A stretch of DNA of 54,279 nt, filler included, from Catajapyx aquilonaris (lineage: Eukaryota), in assembly GCA_000934665.2 (NCBI GenBank). It is 3 parts of 3 records of this genome, joined end to end, with 100 filler letters (N's around TTAATTAATTAA, not from the genome) between each part and the next. Parts side by side here need not be neighbours in the genome. Positions count along the whole stretch, not along the records: positions 18,130 to 36,155 come from JYFJ02006801.1; positions 36,256 to 54,279 come from JYFJ02006802.1; 1 more part is not named here. One strand, given 5' to 3'. Under the pieces are notes generated by a model. The model was not told the origin of the DNA. It saw nothing but the letters and a program-made list of their open reading frames with translations, and searched no databases. Shown piece by piece: positions 24,077-38,043 of the stretch. The position numbers were made by a program, and so were the translations under genes. Each line of letters begins with the position of its first letter. Within the stretch, counting starts at the first letter, position 1.

Positions 24077-26839
24077 TTAATCAAATAGGAATTTGTACCA
24101 TCAAATGTGGGACGTAGTTAGATGTGACTTCTTGATTTGTAGTCATTTGCTGTACTGTGCCCTGGTCAGTCGGTGTTGGGCTGCGTCTGCTCATTTCAAG
24201 GTAGAGTGATATTTGTGCTCGGTATTTTTGCAATTTAAATATCAATGATTAATTCGGATCAAGAGCGCTTAGGATGATTCCAATGGTAATTTGAGTATGA
24301 TAACGTCTGTGGTTTTAGGATTTATGCGCAATATTATTAGGTATATTAAAGCAATATCCGCATACTTGAAATGCACAACTATCGTATCATTGTAATTATT
24401 TCGAGATATGAGCTCTTGAGGTATAAAGCACGAATTTATGCAAACACTTTTCTAGGGAGAGAGTACGAGTCAAGGACTATGTTATATAATGACTGTCAAT
24501 TTGTCAGTGCTACCCGGCGACTCCACTCCTTTTTTGGCGCATGGCCTTTATGGTCGGGTCGCCGTAACTCTGACACAGTCAATTTGTGCATTTAGTGAAT
24601 GCGACTGTCGAGGTTTTTGGCCATGCTGTATTTTATTAAGCTGTGAAATAACACGATAACGCCCTTTAAATATTGAGCCTGGATTTAAAAAATGCGTGCA
24701 TAATATTTTTGCAAAATCTTCCCCCCACATTAATATCCATATGTGAATATGAAATCCAGCCAGCAGAAGCCACGCAGTAATTAAAATCTAGAAATGGAAC
24801 CAAAACAAATGTGGCCTGAGGCATACAACGAGTGCAAGGTCAAACCTCATTAGAACTGGCACGCACTCAGTGGCAAGGCGCGGCTTACAAGCAGTTTGTA
24901 ACCCACCTGAATCAACACAAACAAGCAAACTGGTCTAATGAAATGCGTTCATCCGAAATTTGCTGCACGATTAGGAGCCGGCTCAGAGACATGCAAATAA
25001 ATTCACGGGCGACCTCCCCTCATTTTTTTTGTTCCTTAATTTTTTACAGTGGAAACAAAAAAAGGGGGGGTTTGGTGTAATCAAGTCAAAGAATAGCACG
25101 TTTGGGAAGTAGGAAAGGTAGAAAAAAAGGTATGATTGGAGCAGCTTTTGGCCCGTACCCTATCATAAGGTAAAGGGAATGGCCTGGCCGCGCCTCCTTT
25201 TTCCTTCCATCAGGGGGCCCAACCCGTATTATGTGTCTCTGAGCAGGTTGTAATCAAGGGCCCCCGGGGGTCAAAGCGTTTGACCTCGGAGGGGTCGGCT
25301 CCACTTCTCGCCTTAGAAGCCATCGCCTATCTTTCTTTCCACACGGGGTCATGGGAAGCGCGACCGCTATGTGCGCTATGGGTGGTTAGCAGTGACAAAT
25401 TAAAGGGGGACATGTGAGTTTATCATGTGACGTCATGTTAAGAGGAGGTCATTTCTACACGTTGAGGTCATTACCGAGGAGGATTTTTATGGGCGTGTTT
25501 TGTTGCTTCCTGTAAATTAAGGAGAACTTTTACGAGTCAGTGCGCGAATAGGAAATTGTGCGACTTTTTTTTGCGGCAATTTGAGACGCTCTAGGCCTGG
25601 TTTTATGGCATTGTTTTAAAAGGTAAATTGAAGAGGTTAAACCTGGTTGCACTCGACGATATGTCGTACTGAGTTAGCACCATTACGATGTAGTAGCATA
25701 TAATGTGTCAGTTTCTTATGCAGAAAAGTGGATTGGTTAAAAATAATGGAACTTTAAAGCCAATAATTAAGCGCTAAGTTTGATCATTAACTTGTTGAGT
25801 GTTTTCGAGAGTACAACGAATCAGACTTGCCTGATTTAAAATTCTTTGTGAAAAGGACTAGTTTTTACGACTCGGGTTGTTTTTCTTCAAATAATTAAGG
25901 GTCATTATCTACACAAGTATAGGATTCTGGACATAAACAGCCACATGTATAAATGTGAGAAAAATGTCGCTATGTACAGACGGTTGTTATTACAACCTTA
26001 TAAGCTTGAAAGATATATTTAACAACTGCAAAAGTTACCTTTATGCAATCCATATCTTTGAACGCCGTGTTGAATCATGGCCTCCAATAAAATAATGACG
26101 TGAATGAAGTAGTACAAATAATCGAGTATTTTGTGAGACTAATTATCTATATACTTTTATGTAGTTTCATGAACCTATGTAAATTAACATAAAATTGCAT
26201 CCTCGACAAAGTAATATTGCTGTGGCAAAATATTTTATGGCTACAGCTACAGTATAGAGTACCTAACAGAACTGTGGCCTTTCACCCTAAGTTGTTAATC
26301 ACATTGTATGTCAGCCACAGGCATTAAATTTTATACGCGCTTATTCCACCACATATTTTCTGGTCAATTTTTAAAATAAAGTATTACTAATTAATGCCAG
26401 TGTGACAGCACCTTCACAAATTGATGTATGACGGCCACCTACACGATAGTAAGACACCTTGACAATCTCCTTGTTGTCGACATAATGTCAACATCAATAT
26501 CAAATGAGAGGCAGCGAAATATTTAATATTGATGCGATATATCAACACTGGGGGTGAACGAAGATTACGGGGAATAAGTGGCCCGCCTAACACAGGGTCA
26601 ACCCATTATTGTTAACACATTAAAATATTACTGCAAGTGGGAACGATCAGCCACACAAATTTTCTCCGGCTGGTTGAACACAAAAAAATGCCTCGGCTCA
26701 ACTCCCTGGAGCAAAATAGCTGAAAAATTCATTCAAGTATCCTGTGGCCTATGCAACCCTCCCTACCGCATGTTTTCCTTTCGTGTTTTTTTTCTTTTTT
26801 ACATTGTTGTTGTTGTTCCACCCGTCGAAACACACAGAT

Positions 26840-29800
26840 CAGACAATGATTCCTAATTTTGAACGAAGTGAACTAGATTCCGACTCGTTCGACCCACATT
26901 CTTCCACCGAAGGGGATTCGTAACCTTCACCGATTCCCCCCCTCCTCATTACGAATTTCCCCCCCTCCCTCCCCCTCTGGACATAATAAAAAAGAGGAAA
27001 ACTAGTCGCCATTTCCGACGCCAGCCAAAGTACAGTTTGATAAGCCCCGGTAATGAAACATGGTCCGATTAATTCCGTGTTCACAAGAGCACATCGGGGC
27101 GTGTGTACTCCAACGCAGTTCTATTACCAAGTTCTTTCTGCCGATGTAAATACGCCGTCTAATGCAAATAGCCTGGCGCTTTGTGTACCAGGCGAGTTGT
27201 AACGAGGAAAATGAAATGCGCCAGAGCTAATAATTTTCTGTTATTGGAAAATGGCGAAGGGGGGGGGGTGTAGGTTAGAGGGGGGCTCAAGTCCCACCCA
27301 ACCCCCTTGCCATGCCCTAGGGGGGACATTTTTATGCAGTTATTCATAGCTTTTATTTGAGCTTCTCTTATATTTGCTAATAGGCATTTTTAATACCAGG
27401 TCTCCGCCTGTGACATAGGGGAAAGTCCACGCCCCCCATTTTTTTTCACGGAAAAAAATGGACGATACACGAATTTTCTAATAAATCTTGATATCAGCCC
27501 CGGAGCTATGCCAATTATTAGACAATTCGGAGTCATTCCGGAATTTCTTATTGGGACAAGTTGATGTAGGCGCCGGAGTAATATTGCACCGAAAAAGGCC
27601 TTTTGTTTCCACGGCTCCCAGGGGGTGGGGGGAGGGGGATGGGAGGGGCGGAATTTTTGTATGCAGGATGCATTTTGGGGAGTTCCCGCACCCCCAGCAA
27701 CTTTTGCCGCATGTTGAGGGGTAAAGAACAACAACATTGCCTCGTGATCCGACTCCCAATTGCGGATATTGTGGAATAACTTGTCCCCCCTGCGAATTTA
27801 TTTCCCGGCTAATTATTTACTAGCTCCGCCTTTAGTACATCCCTAATGTGCGGCGCGATGAAAAATAGGATAATTACAAAATTTCAAATTCAGAAATGTT
27901 TCAACCGATTGCCTTAATTAAGCGAATTATGCACCATTTTGATTACTTGCAGTAGATGTATGAATCACCAATCGTTGTTTGATCTGGAGTGTCCTCCCAC
28001 CTTAAAAGGTCTTAGAAATAAGCAAATTATTTAATTAATTAAATAAAATTCTGCAACTTTTTTTTTTGCTGGTACAGTAGGCTACGTCACTGGTCATACC
28101 CAAACTGCTGGAAATCTTAGGACGGATTGTCCGGAATTGACACAGGTGTCCAGGTGACGAAAGCCACTCACGTAGCCGTCATTTAGGGAATTCCCCGGCT
28201 CCTCCCCAGCCGTCGCAATGCATCACGGGAGGGCCTTCGTGTGATTACCGCATTCCGCCGACTCATGTCGACCCGACCGCGAAAGCATTCTGGGATTTTT
28301 TCCAAGCGTTTTGAGCATTCCAAATCGGCAGCGGCCCTTCATTTTCTGTCTCTTTGCACCCTTGACCCTTTCCCCTTTGAATTCCCAATGCCAACATGGC
28401 TCAAAAATTCTCCAGACTCGGTTATTAGGGTGTCCAAATGACTTTTTTTTGGACGGAATCGAACGCCACAAATATATATTCCGTGAGAAAATGCTCACCT
28501 AACGGATTTTGTAGCCCTGCAGGTAGGAAAGGGGTTAAAAACACGCAGGCTTTATCACGCTAACTTAATTATCCGATCTTACGCACAATATTTTTTTCTG
28601 TGTGTGGAATTACGTGTCTTTTTTGAAACACAAATGTTGCCGCCAACCATCTGGGTGGGTATCGTATTTCTAGCTAATAATTCTGGACATCCTATAAGCT
28701 TGTCGAACTCCGCATGCCAGAGGCCACTCATTTTCTCTATCGCTGGTCTAAATTTTCACATAATCGATCATCTAATGGAACGGGCGACTAATCACGTGCA
28801 TCCATTCATTTTAACCACATTTGGTGCACAGCACAGTTTTTATCCACACTATTTAGCTTCTGATGTTATGCAAGTTCATTTGGCGCAGTATAGGTGGGCG
28901 CGCGCTATATAATTATGCAGCATATTACTGTTTGTAAATTGTTTCGCTCTGGACTAAGTTTCAAAAGTGACAAATTTGAACGAAAATCGGGGATGTGGAG
29001 AGGGGATCGGCATTAGGCTCATTTTTGCGGAACATTTCAAAGCTTACATAACAAACACTAGTAAACAGTTTTGAATTTTAATTGCGTTGTTATGGAAAAT
29101 CCATGCACTGTACTCTTCTAAAAATGTGTCCACTGGCACAAAATGCGTGTGTAAAGTTTGAAGAAAATGTACACTGCGAAGTGCGTGTTTTTTTAATGGC
29201 GGCTACCAAAGCATGTAACACCCAATGGATTGTATTTCATTGTTTGTAATTGCTTACTAAATAACAGGTCATTAATACTTAGCATGCTTGGATGTAATCC
29301 GCCCCTAGGTATGTTTGTATGAGTTACCAGTAAACCCACGCGATTAATCATTTCAAGTGACACATGTATGGTCCAAATTAGGTAATGCTGTAAATTTGAT
29401 AAGTCATCCATGATAAAGGGCCGTTGACACCGAGTCCCATAGTTTTCGCTAAGCCAAGGCCCTTATCCCTTAGGCACATATCGCCCATTTCTCAAACCGG
29501 AAAGCCCGCGCCTCCAAATGTACAAATGACAATCATTTGGATGGTTATCCGCCCCAGGAGGTCCCTAGGTTCAATCTCTTTTGAGAAGTTCTTTTTTTTC
29601 CAACTCCTCCTACCTTTCCCCTGATTCCAACAGGTGTCTTTGGTTACCCCCGGGGCCAGGCTAACCACAGAGTCTTTAGCCACAACCGGATTGACATCCA
29701 TTTCCCGCAGCAATGATCATGTTTTGGCTGGATAATCATACCCATAAGAAAGGACTTTTCATTTAGAAGGCTCGGCCGGGAATTTCAGCTAACCTGTAAT

Positions 29801-31050
29801 CAAGGCTAATATACAAGGTTGCTGCACCCGACCACGACGGATCGCTCGTTTTTTATTTATACGCTAGACCTTTTATTTTTATTTTTTAAACATTTTTTTA
29901 CCTTCTTTAGAGGCGGGTTGCCTTGCAGTCATTGCCTTCAGGTGTTGGTATTCGTGGCACGTTCGATCTGAGGAATACTGGTGATGCTCACGCTGTGGCA
30001 ACTGTTAAGAGGTGTTTGATGTAAGATAGGGACGCATGACATTGTGGACTGACGCTTTTTGTGCGTTTCTGTTACTGTTGTCGAATGTCACGTTCTGGAG
30101 TGCCGGATGACGTGAAGTCATGCGACTGGGTATAGTTTCGGAATTAACTAACAGGTGTCGTACTGTGCGATGCATGCGACACGGTTGTCCAAGTACTGAA
30201 CTAATCCAAGATCACGTGGGATATGTCATTTGTTTTCAAATTTAAAAAAATTAAGTTTAACCCAGAAACGTAACATATATTTCCAGAGGGGCATATACTC
30301 GTACTGTACCTGTACACGAATTTATAAAAATTGAACATGTTGGTGAATAAGCCTCATATTGTACCAACCATTTTCACTCAATTCCAGGGTTCTTATATAC
30401 ACTGTTTTGCAAGATGTGTACGATACGGACACTGACAGCTTGTGCCGCTAATTGCAGGCGGTGTCCCTGACACAAAATGTGAAGAATGCGAGCGATAAAC
30501 ATGCAACGGCCTGGATTCTTGCTCAGGTAGAGTGCAGTAAGTTATATAGCATATGGTCTTCGGACTGACATTTCCATAACGCCCCGAAACACAACCGGTC
30601 CCCAGGAAATCAGTTCCTCCTCCACCGATTATTACATGTACCCCCGAACCGGAGGAATAAATTAAAACGCAATAACACCCAGGAACGTAATTAGGATAAT
30701 ATTTCACATTTATTACTTGCCCCGTGACAGGCGACGGCACGATGCAATTTTTTTTTGTAAAATTATTATTCCGTTACCAAAAACTCTCCGTTTCTCCCAC
30801 CTCTTTTTTTTCTTTTTCTTCTTCTTCTCCCTTTGGACCAAATGGTTCTCATTAATACGAACCCCGAAATTTCTAAGAAAAGACATTACCACCATTCCGA
30901 GCCCCGCATTCTTTCCGTCGAAATACCGGTCAAGACAGAGAAAAAGAATCAAGGAGGGAGGACTCGGGGTTAAGAAAAAGGGAAGAACAAAAAAATAGTT
31001 TCGATGGGAAACTGCAACGTGCTGTAAAGGCCTATTATATGGCAACGCCC
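26840..31050 (-). pseudogene. LRR + GPCR-like gene B, disrupted
   Basis: LRR-like pieces LISWGPVVFRG..LTALYLSKNP (30512-30615) and LAEIPGRAF (29766-29792, after an AG acceptor). TM7-like TVLWLASEMATSFPLFYYVQR (~26975-27040). The exon structure cannot be reconstructed. Confidence 0.3.
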
Positions 31051-31181
31051 ATCAAACACGCCCTATAAAGTCCTTGGCTCGAGATGAGCCCCAGTGCTTT
31101 TTGGGATCGTGGACCTGTCTTTTTATACGCCGCTATAATCTTAGGCGTTTAGAAGAAGGAGCCTGATTCGATCACCTGGAA

Positions 31182-31222
31182 GAGAGTGAGAGAAAGAGAG
31201 AGAAAGAGAGAGAGAGAGAGAG
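31182..31222. repeat. (GA)n microsatellite
   Basis: Visible directly. Confidence 0.9.
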
Positions 31223-31249
31223 GAATGGACCCAGGGCCCATAACTGCCT

Positions 31250-34200
31250 CATTCGATTCTTATCTGAAGCCTCCCTGACAACAGGTTTTCCTCAGACTCA
31301 TTTTTACACGCGTGATCATCCTCCATATTCGCCTTGCTTTTTTTGCTATGGACAACCGACGCAATTATGGCTGGTGTTCCATCATCTCATGTTGAAAATA
31401 GGACACAATGGATCTAGTATCCACAAACCTAAGAGGCTGCCCCGTTATTGAATTAGTGCCCATCAGTGTGACTTTCTTCACGGAATCCTTCCCCGTGGGC
31501 AAGTCCAAGATTTCCTTATATAATCCGGCAAACTTAGACGGCTCCTTATCTGGGGCCAAAACCACAAAAGTAGGAGTAAAGCCAGGGGGATGGAGGGGGA
31601 GGGAGAGACTTGGCTGAAAGTGGAAATAATATGAAAATGACTTTCGATGAAAATGATGCTTCCCCGGAAGAAATACCGCGCCTTTCGGCACTTGCATTCT
31701 CCGGAATGGGATATTAATCCCACGGGAAGACATCTCCGGAATTCCAAAGACTAATTGAACAACCAGAGAGAGAAGGAACACGGAACAAGAAGGAACCACC
31801 ACCCCCTCCCCCCAAAAAAATAATGTGGCGAAGTGGTTTCTACCCACCAAAATTCGTGCAAAAATTCCACAGTATAGTCCCCAATAATCCGGTATGCATA
31901 GGTGAGTACACTCATTATTGATAGTTTTTTTGGTCAAAAAAATTGGCAAGGAATTAGCCGAGCATCACTCAGGAAGAGGAGTTTTGGAGAAGAGCCCAAT
32001 TTCTCTCTCTCACTCTCGCCTTACCACCGTCCATCATTGCATTAGATAGGCTTTGATCCTTAAAAGCCCTGCTTATTAGCTCATTCCATTACATCGAGAG
32101 AGGGGAACATCATGCCTTACCTGAAGGGTCTCTGTTCTTGGCGGGAGAGGCAGGAGCAGCAGCAAAAATCATATCAGACTAAAAAAGAGTGTACCGAATT
32201 ATTTTCCTAATATGAGCCCACTTATCAGTACTAAAAACAACAAAAAGGCACAAACTTAATTAAAAAGTCTGAGGGAAAAGCCAGGGTTGGGGTATTTTCC
32301 AGCATGATTTTTAGGTTGTTGAGGTGCAGACTCAGCTGGAGGTTCAACAATCCAAAAATTGAAGGATCAATCCACACCAGAGTTACGTGGAGAAAAAAAA
32401 GACCAGCAGCAAAACCACATGAAACCCTAAGCATACATCTGCCCCCCAGAAAAGAAGAAAAAAAGGGGGGGTCTCTTTTTCTTCACGCTTGGAAAATCCC
32501 CTCCTGATTCTTTATGAGTTTATGAACTGACCGTTTCACCCACCCAGCCTTATGTTATTCTGTTCTAACATCTGTCGGATGCGAGAACATCAACTCGGAC
32601 ATGGCGGAAACAAGCCCCTATTCCTTTTGTCTTGCCCTTTGTTATGACTCCGGGCTATTTGGTCATTTCTGTCGCTTTTTTTTTGAGTCGACTATTCATA
32701 ACCTGCCCCATTTCTAGTCTGGTTGGCAAACAGACCCCGATATGGTTTTGTGCGGATGAAACCAGTCATAATAAATTGCATTGATGATACACTATCCATA
32801 TTCTATAAGAGGCCTTGAACAAGGGCAAGGTATAAGGGATGGGGGGTGGGGGTTGAACCCCCTTGAGGTTCATAACCACCACGCTTATTCATCTGTTCCC
32901 AATATCACAATAGGACCCTCCTTTTCTGCATTGGTTAAAAATGAAGACTCGAAAAAAAAAATCTTTTGTGGCGGGGGATACTAAATAATAATATGCAGGG
33001 TGACAGTTTTTTTAAAGGCTTCCCCTTACTCACATTACAATGCTTTAAGCCATACGGGGTCAGTTCTGAAAAAAGGAAGGAAAGAATGGCGGATGAGATT
33101 CACTGCGCAGCTTTTTGGAAATGGGGGTTGGGGGGGGGATGGGAGAGATAGAGAGATTATCTGTATGTGGAAGCCACATTGTAACACAAGAGTAACACAA
33201 CAATGGGAGGCTTAGGGGTTGTATTTGAGCGGAGTGTGTGGTGCCATATGTAGCCCCACAATGTCTCGCCTACTTACAGGGAACGGTTGTCAGATTTGAA
33301 GTGTAAATTATGGCGTAGAAAACGGGGTATTTTGGGGGCCTGCCATGTGGATATTTTTGTAATGCGAACAATGGGTGAGTTGTGAAATGAAATGCAATCT
33401 GTCGGGATTTGTTATCGGACTTTATGGGCCAATATTGGCAGTAAAAGAATTGGCAAAAATTAATTTGACTGCGAGTACTGTTCCGAATATCCATGCAATT
33501 ATTGTCAACCCCTAACAAAACGGCTGCGATGCAGTGGTGAAACTTATAACGCGTAGCAGGCCCAAATTAGCAATAATATTTTAATTATTTGCAATAACCG
33601 GGAATTAGGATTAGAGCCGTTCTAATGAACCCAGTTTTCGCTGCAGCAACATTATCATAATGTGTAAAAAAATTCCCTTTTGTCTACCCTCCCGCACACT
33701 GGAAATTAGCCTATTTAATAAATAATTGATACTAGCAGAACAGCCGATGGTATAAGGCAAAATCCCCTTATGATGCTTAATGTGATCAGTCTGCTCATTT
33801 TCCCAACATTGCGAGTTCAAAGTGTCTCGTCGGGGCCGAAATTCCAAATAAATTAATTACCCCCCTCGCGCCTTTGATGATCATTTAGAAATACAGCCCC
33901 CAATAACAAAATTGGCCCCGAGAATTGTTTGATTACAGTAATTCCCATTGGAGTTGGATTGCTGCAAGGGGGCTCGTTTGGGACCCCCAGTTGGCTCCTG
34001 CCACCAAAAATTGAGCTCAACCCCACCCTCTAACTTAACCAAAGGATATAAAACTGCCCCCAACACATTACAACAGACGTCTAAATTTTCCATCTTGGTT
34101 CTCTCCCTTTTTTATCGGTCCGTTTTTCCCGCTTGTCTTTTTTAGATGGGTCCGACTGATAGTCCGATAGAGGCCCCAAGAATCCAATAATGGATTCAGG

Positions 34201-36130
34201 CTGTACCCTAGCATTAAGAGAGAGATATAGAGCCGTAGAAACGTATTATTAAAACAGTTTCCGTCCATACAGATGTAAGATTAATATTGAAGGCATTGAC
34301 AATCAGCAAAGGCAGCGGAGGCTAATTCGGGGTGTAGCTCTGTGTAATTATAGGGTTCGAGGAAGAAAAAAATGGGAAAAAAATGCGCCGCCAATACGTT
34401 TCCAGCGCAGTAAGCTGCACAAAAGGTAAAAGAGCTCCATTGGTAATGCCCACCTGCCTCACAAGCCTCCAGCTTTTTTTTTGTCTAATTCAGTCCAGGT
34501 ACACTGATTTCTTCAGAGTCATTCTCTTTTCGTCTTTCGTTTCGTATTACTGTACTGAATGTAATCCCCAGACACGATGTGCTCGGATCAGCAAGTGGAC
34601 AGTCCTAGACTCGAAAGGGACAGTTTCAATCAGTTAATAAGACTAATATCAAATTACAATTTTTCTAACTAAAATATGTGCACAGATTCTTATTCCGACC
34701 ATGGATATACTTGATATACCGGTACATGATGGGGTGTTCAAAAGTGAAATTATAATTATTGTTGCAGAAATGTGGAACTCGCTTTGAAGTATTTGCAAGC
34801 AAGTAGTTTTAGGGGCAGCAAAATAATAATTGCTAATATATTAGATGGAAATCCTTTCACACTCCCCTCGCACATCCAGGTCTCGTGCAGCTTCCGCATA
34901 GGTGAATGTGTATGATAGCATTCAGCCAAATATTATAATCAAGATTCGTGCTGTTCCTAGAAGTAACTGCTTAATGACCAAGTAGAACACATTGCAAATA
35001 TCGATAATTTTTAACGGTGTGAATAGATCTTGCCAAAAATGGCACTTCATTGTACTTACTGTAGTAAAGAAATCGTATTTTCACATGCTTTGGCAGAAAG
35101 ATATATACAATTGCACATCCGCAACAAAGTTTATAATCAAATTATATGTCACGATTCCAATACGAGGCTGTTTGCTAGTCATTAACGCAAACACCAACTC
35201 AAATCTGATAGTCTCGAAGATAGTCGTACCTGAATTTTTTTTGGTACAGTCTGCTGTGCACCCTTCAATTGGCCAAGTTGCACGCCTACTCCCACCAGCC
35301 TTGTAATAATACAATTTCATTGCATCTCAGAATTGCTTTTATTGTTCACACTGATTCCAAACTGGTTTCTCACCACCTGATATGTGTAGCGCATACCTAA
35401 AGGCATTTTTTCCCACCCGAACAATACACGCGGGTGCACTTTAGAGAAATGAAAGAGCACTAAAAGGAACTAACCGAAATTGATTTGATCGTGACTTCTT
35501 GTTCGGTCTCGTTTCACCATTTTTTTTATTTATATATTGTCCTCGGACGAATTGGGATTGGTAGTAAATACTATTAAATAGAGGCCGTGCAACACCATGT
35601 TTACAACCGGGGCAATGTATCTGTATCTTGATAAGGGTGGCTCCCTCCTGAACCAATATTCCTTAAGAAATCAATTCTGGTGCTCAAATTTATTGCACTC
35701 CAGTTGGGGTTTTTCAGGTCCGGACGCGGACGTCAAAACAGTAAGTTTATTATTGTTATCCAGGAATCTGATCTCTGGCTTCTCTATATAGCATGATGGC
35801 TCGACCCAGCCCTTCCTAATCATTGCCCATGGACAATAAAATAGGCTTGATAGGCTCGCAACTACTGGATATGACTAAGTTACGCACTAGTTAACACTAT
35901 AAAAAATAGTCTGTTTTCGTGGCTCTTTGGCAGTTTGTCCGGGCCAGATCGGTAGCAAAGCGATGGATCCGGCTATTATTTTTCTTCCCAAGAATCCCCG
36001 GGTTTTCCTCCTCCTTTTCTCCGCCCATCACTACTAACCCTCCTGGAAAAACCATATTCGGTCTCCCGATTCTTTTGAAAAAAGCCGGTAGAGCTTCTGC
36101 CAGCCTCGGGCCATATAATAATATGGGATA
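31250..36130 (-). pseudogene. LRR + 7TM (LGR-like) gene A, disrupted
   Basis: LRR-like exons IRFLDNNNKLTVL (~35731-35772), IVRVGKNAFRY (~35392-35425), LPMELFYLLCSL (~34410-34446), AFADCQCLQY..MDGN (~34255-34315). Hydrophobic block FFLLFWGADVCLGFHVVLLLVFFF (LGR TM2-like ADxCxG, ~32390-32465), donor at ~32120, then further TM-like segments at 31560-31900. Confidence 0.38.
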
Positions 36131-36155
36131 TGAGATCTCTCTAAGGGAGAGAGGG

Positions 36156-36255
36156 NNNNNNNNNNNNNNNNNNNNNNNNNNNNNNNNNNNNNNNNNNNNT
36201 TAATTAATTAANNNNNNNNNNNNNNNNNNNNNNNNNNNNNNNNNNNNNNNNNNNN
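36156..36255. other. Assembly gap with TTAATTAATTAA linker
   Basis: 44 N + TTAATTAATTAA + 44 N. Confidence 0.97.
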
Positions 36256-36544
36256 GGGGGGGGGGCAGTGGGGAGGGGGCGATTCATGGACTTGTGCATT
36301 CAGTGGTTGGCCGGGTAACCCAAGACAGGTGTTGTTTACAGCCAAATGCTCATTGTTAGAATAGTGTTCCAAAGTCCTTTTCGCCTCCTGTGGCCAAGGA
36401 TGACCTCGGAGGTCAATTCCAATGCGCTAACAACCTTCCCGGTAAAAAACTACCCCCGATGAGACCCCTGGGGCATATGTGGAGGCCTCCGTATGGATCT
36501 GTTTAGGTGACAGACATCCAGACATAGGTCTTGAAATATGTATT

Positions 36545-36755
36545 AGATTAAGGAGGTTGGCCCAGCATTGCCTTTCAACCTCCAAGGATAGGGAAGGAAG
36601 GAAGCGGCTGTGGCCTATTATACGGAAGCGACCCCGGAATTATCATAGAAAGACCGTGGAAAACCACAGAAAACCACAGTCAAGGTTGCCGGCCTCGGGA
36701 TTCGAACCCAGGACCTCCCGATTAGCAGTCGGACGCCTTATCCACTATGCCAACC
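36545..36755 (-). mobile_element. tRNA-derived SINE
   Basis: Head GGTTGGCATAGTGGATAAGGCG..GGTTCGAATCCC (A and B boxes) followed by GGTTTTCTGTGGTTTTCC..AGGCCACAGCCGCTTCCTTCC, resembling the conserved central domain of invertebrate SINEs. Confidence 0.8.
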
Positions 36756-37086
36756 TGTGGAGGGCATCCATTAGACTTTCACATTTACTAGTTCTTGAGT
36801 TACGGTCTTCTTACATCTGACGACAGTATAGTAATATCAGCCATTATTCTGTGAAATTTTCACGTAAATTGTCATACTCATTTTATGCCAAGTACAAGAA
36901 AACGCAAAGACCGCTGATTATTTATTTATATACAAGTACACTCTGGTGCGAGATATTTGTCTTCCAATGTGACAAAACACTGTGATGTGACATTTGACAC
37001 AAGTCATGAGAAATAATAGTGAGCATAACTACTATGAAGATGGAGTAATAAGCCGGTAAGAATTCTGCAGAAAAAAATAGCAACTT

Positions 37087-38043
37087 CACTCAAAAAAAGG
37101 ATATGGCTGTGAAAGCAAATAATTTTTATCAACCGCATTTTAGCTGTCCCAGATGCAAGTTCAGCTGGAGCAGGCATGTAGTTAACCTGCCTTTGGCAAC
37201 GTATGTACCTGCCAGAGCCATATATTCTTACTGTTGCTTATAGCTGAGAGAGTCAGAGCATTTAGCTGTACCAGTAAAGCGTGTTAGAGGCCTTTGCCTG
37301 ACACAGCTAATGTTCTGCTGGGAGGGCGAAAATGCTAGACGTGAAGAAGCTGCGCGCGCCGCGTCCGGTCGGAAAACAATGAGATATCCGTAAATGTGCA
37401 GATTCCATCGTCAAACATATGTTGAAAAGCAAGCTAAAATCACGCCTTAATTTGTAATTATAAGCAATGTATAAAACATACGTCCTCTTCAAACATGCAT
37501 TTTTGAAGAGGACGTAACATGAGTCGATCAGGAGCAGTGCGGGCGGTGCGGCGGGCGCCATAGTGCAGAGCAGTCCTGGTCTCGACACACCTCGACACGC
37601 GCTTGTCTGTTTCTGGCTTTCTGCGGTGCAGCTGCTGTGCATGCAGGATGGATACCGACACGCAAGTGTCAGTGGACGATCTCCTGGACTCTTGGGGGCT
37701 TATAGTGTACTATTCCAGTGGATTTTACCATTATTTAAATAAAGTATATGAAAAGGAGGGATTTCAGCTAAACAGTACAGTTGCTATAGTAAAAGAATTA
37801 TAGCTGCCATAGCTAAAATGTTCCAGATAAATTATGTTTCAGCAGTGACAGCTGTATATTCCCTGTCTGCTAGAGCACGTTTGTTTGTCTCTCACAGATA
37901 AAAATATATCTGTGGCAGGTAAATTTCTGTTCCTATATTTTTTATCTGTGCCAGATAAATTTTTAGGAGCGTCATATAGAGCCAAAATTTTTAGCTGAGG
38001 GAGCCATAATTTTTGCTACTACAGGTAAATTGTTTTTTGAGTG
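37087..38043. mobile_element. Non-autonomous element with CACT termini (CMC/EnSpm-like)
   Basis: CACTCAAAAAA ... TTTTTTGAGTG termini with many subterminal TAGCTG/CAGCTA and CAGATA motifs. Confidence 0.6.

Noticed and set aside
36688..36755. Possible tRNA-Ser(GCT) gene on the minus strand
   Set aside because: No long variable arm or proper acceptor stem, and it continues into a SINE body.
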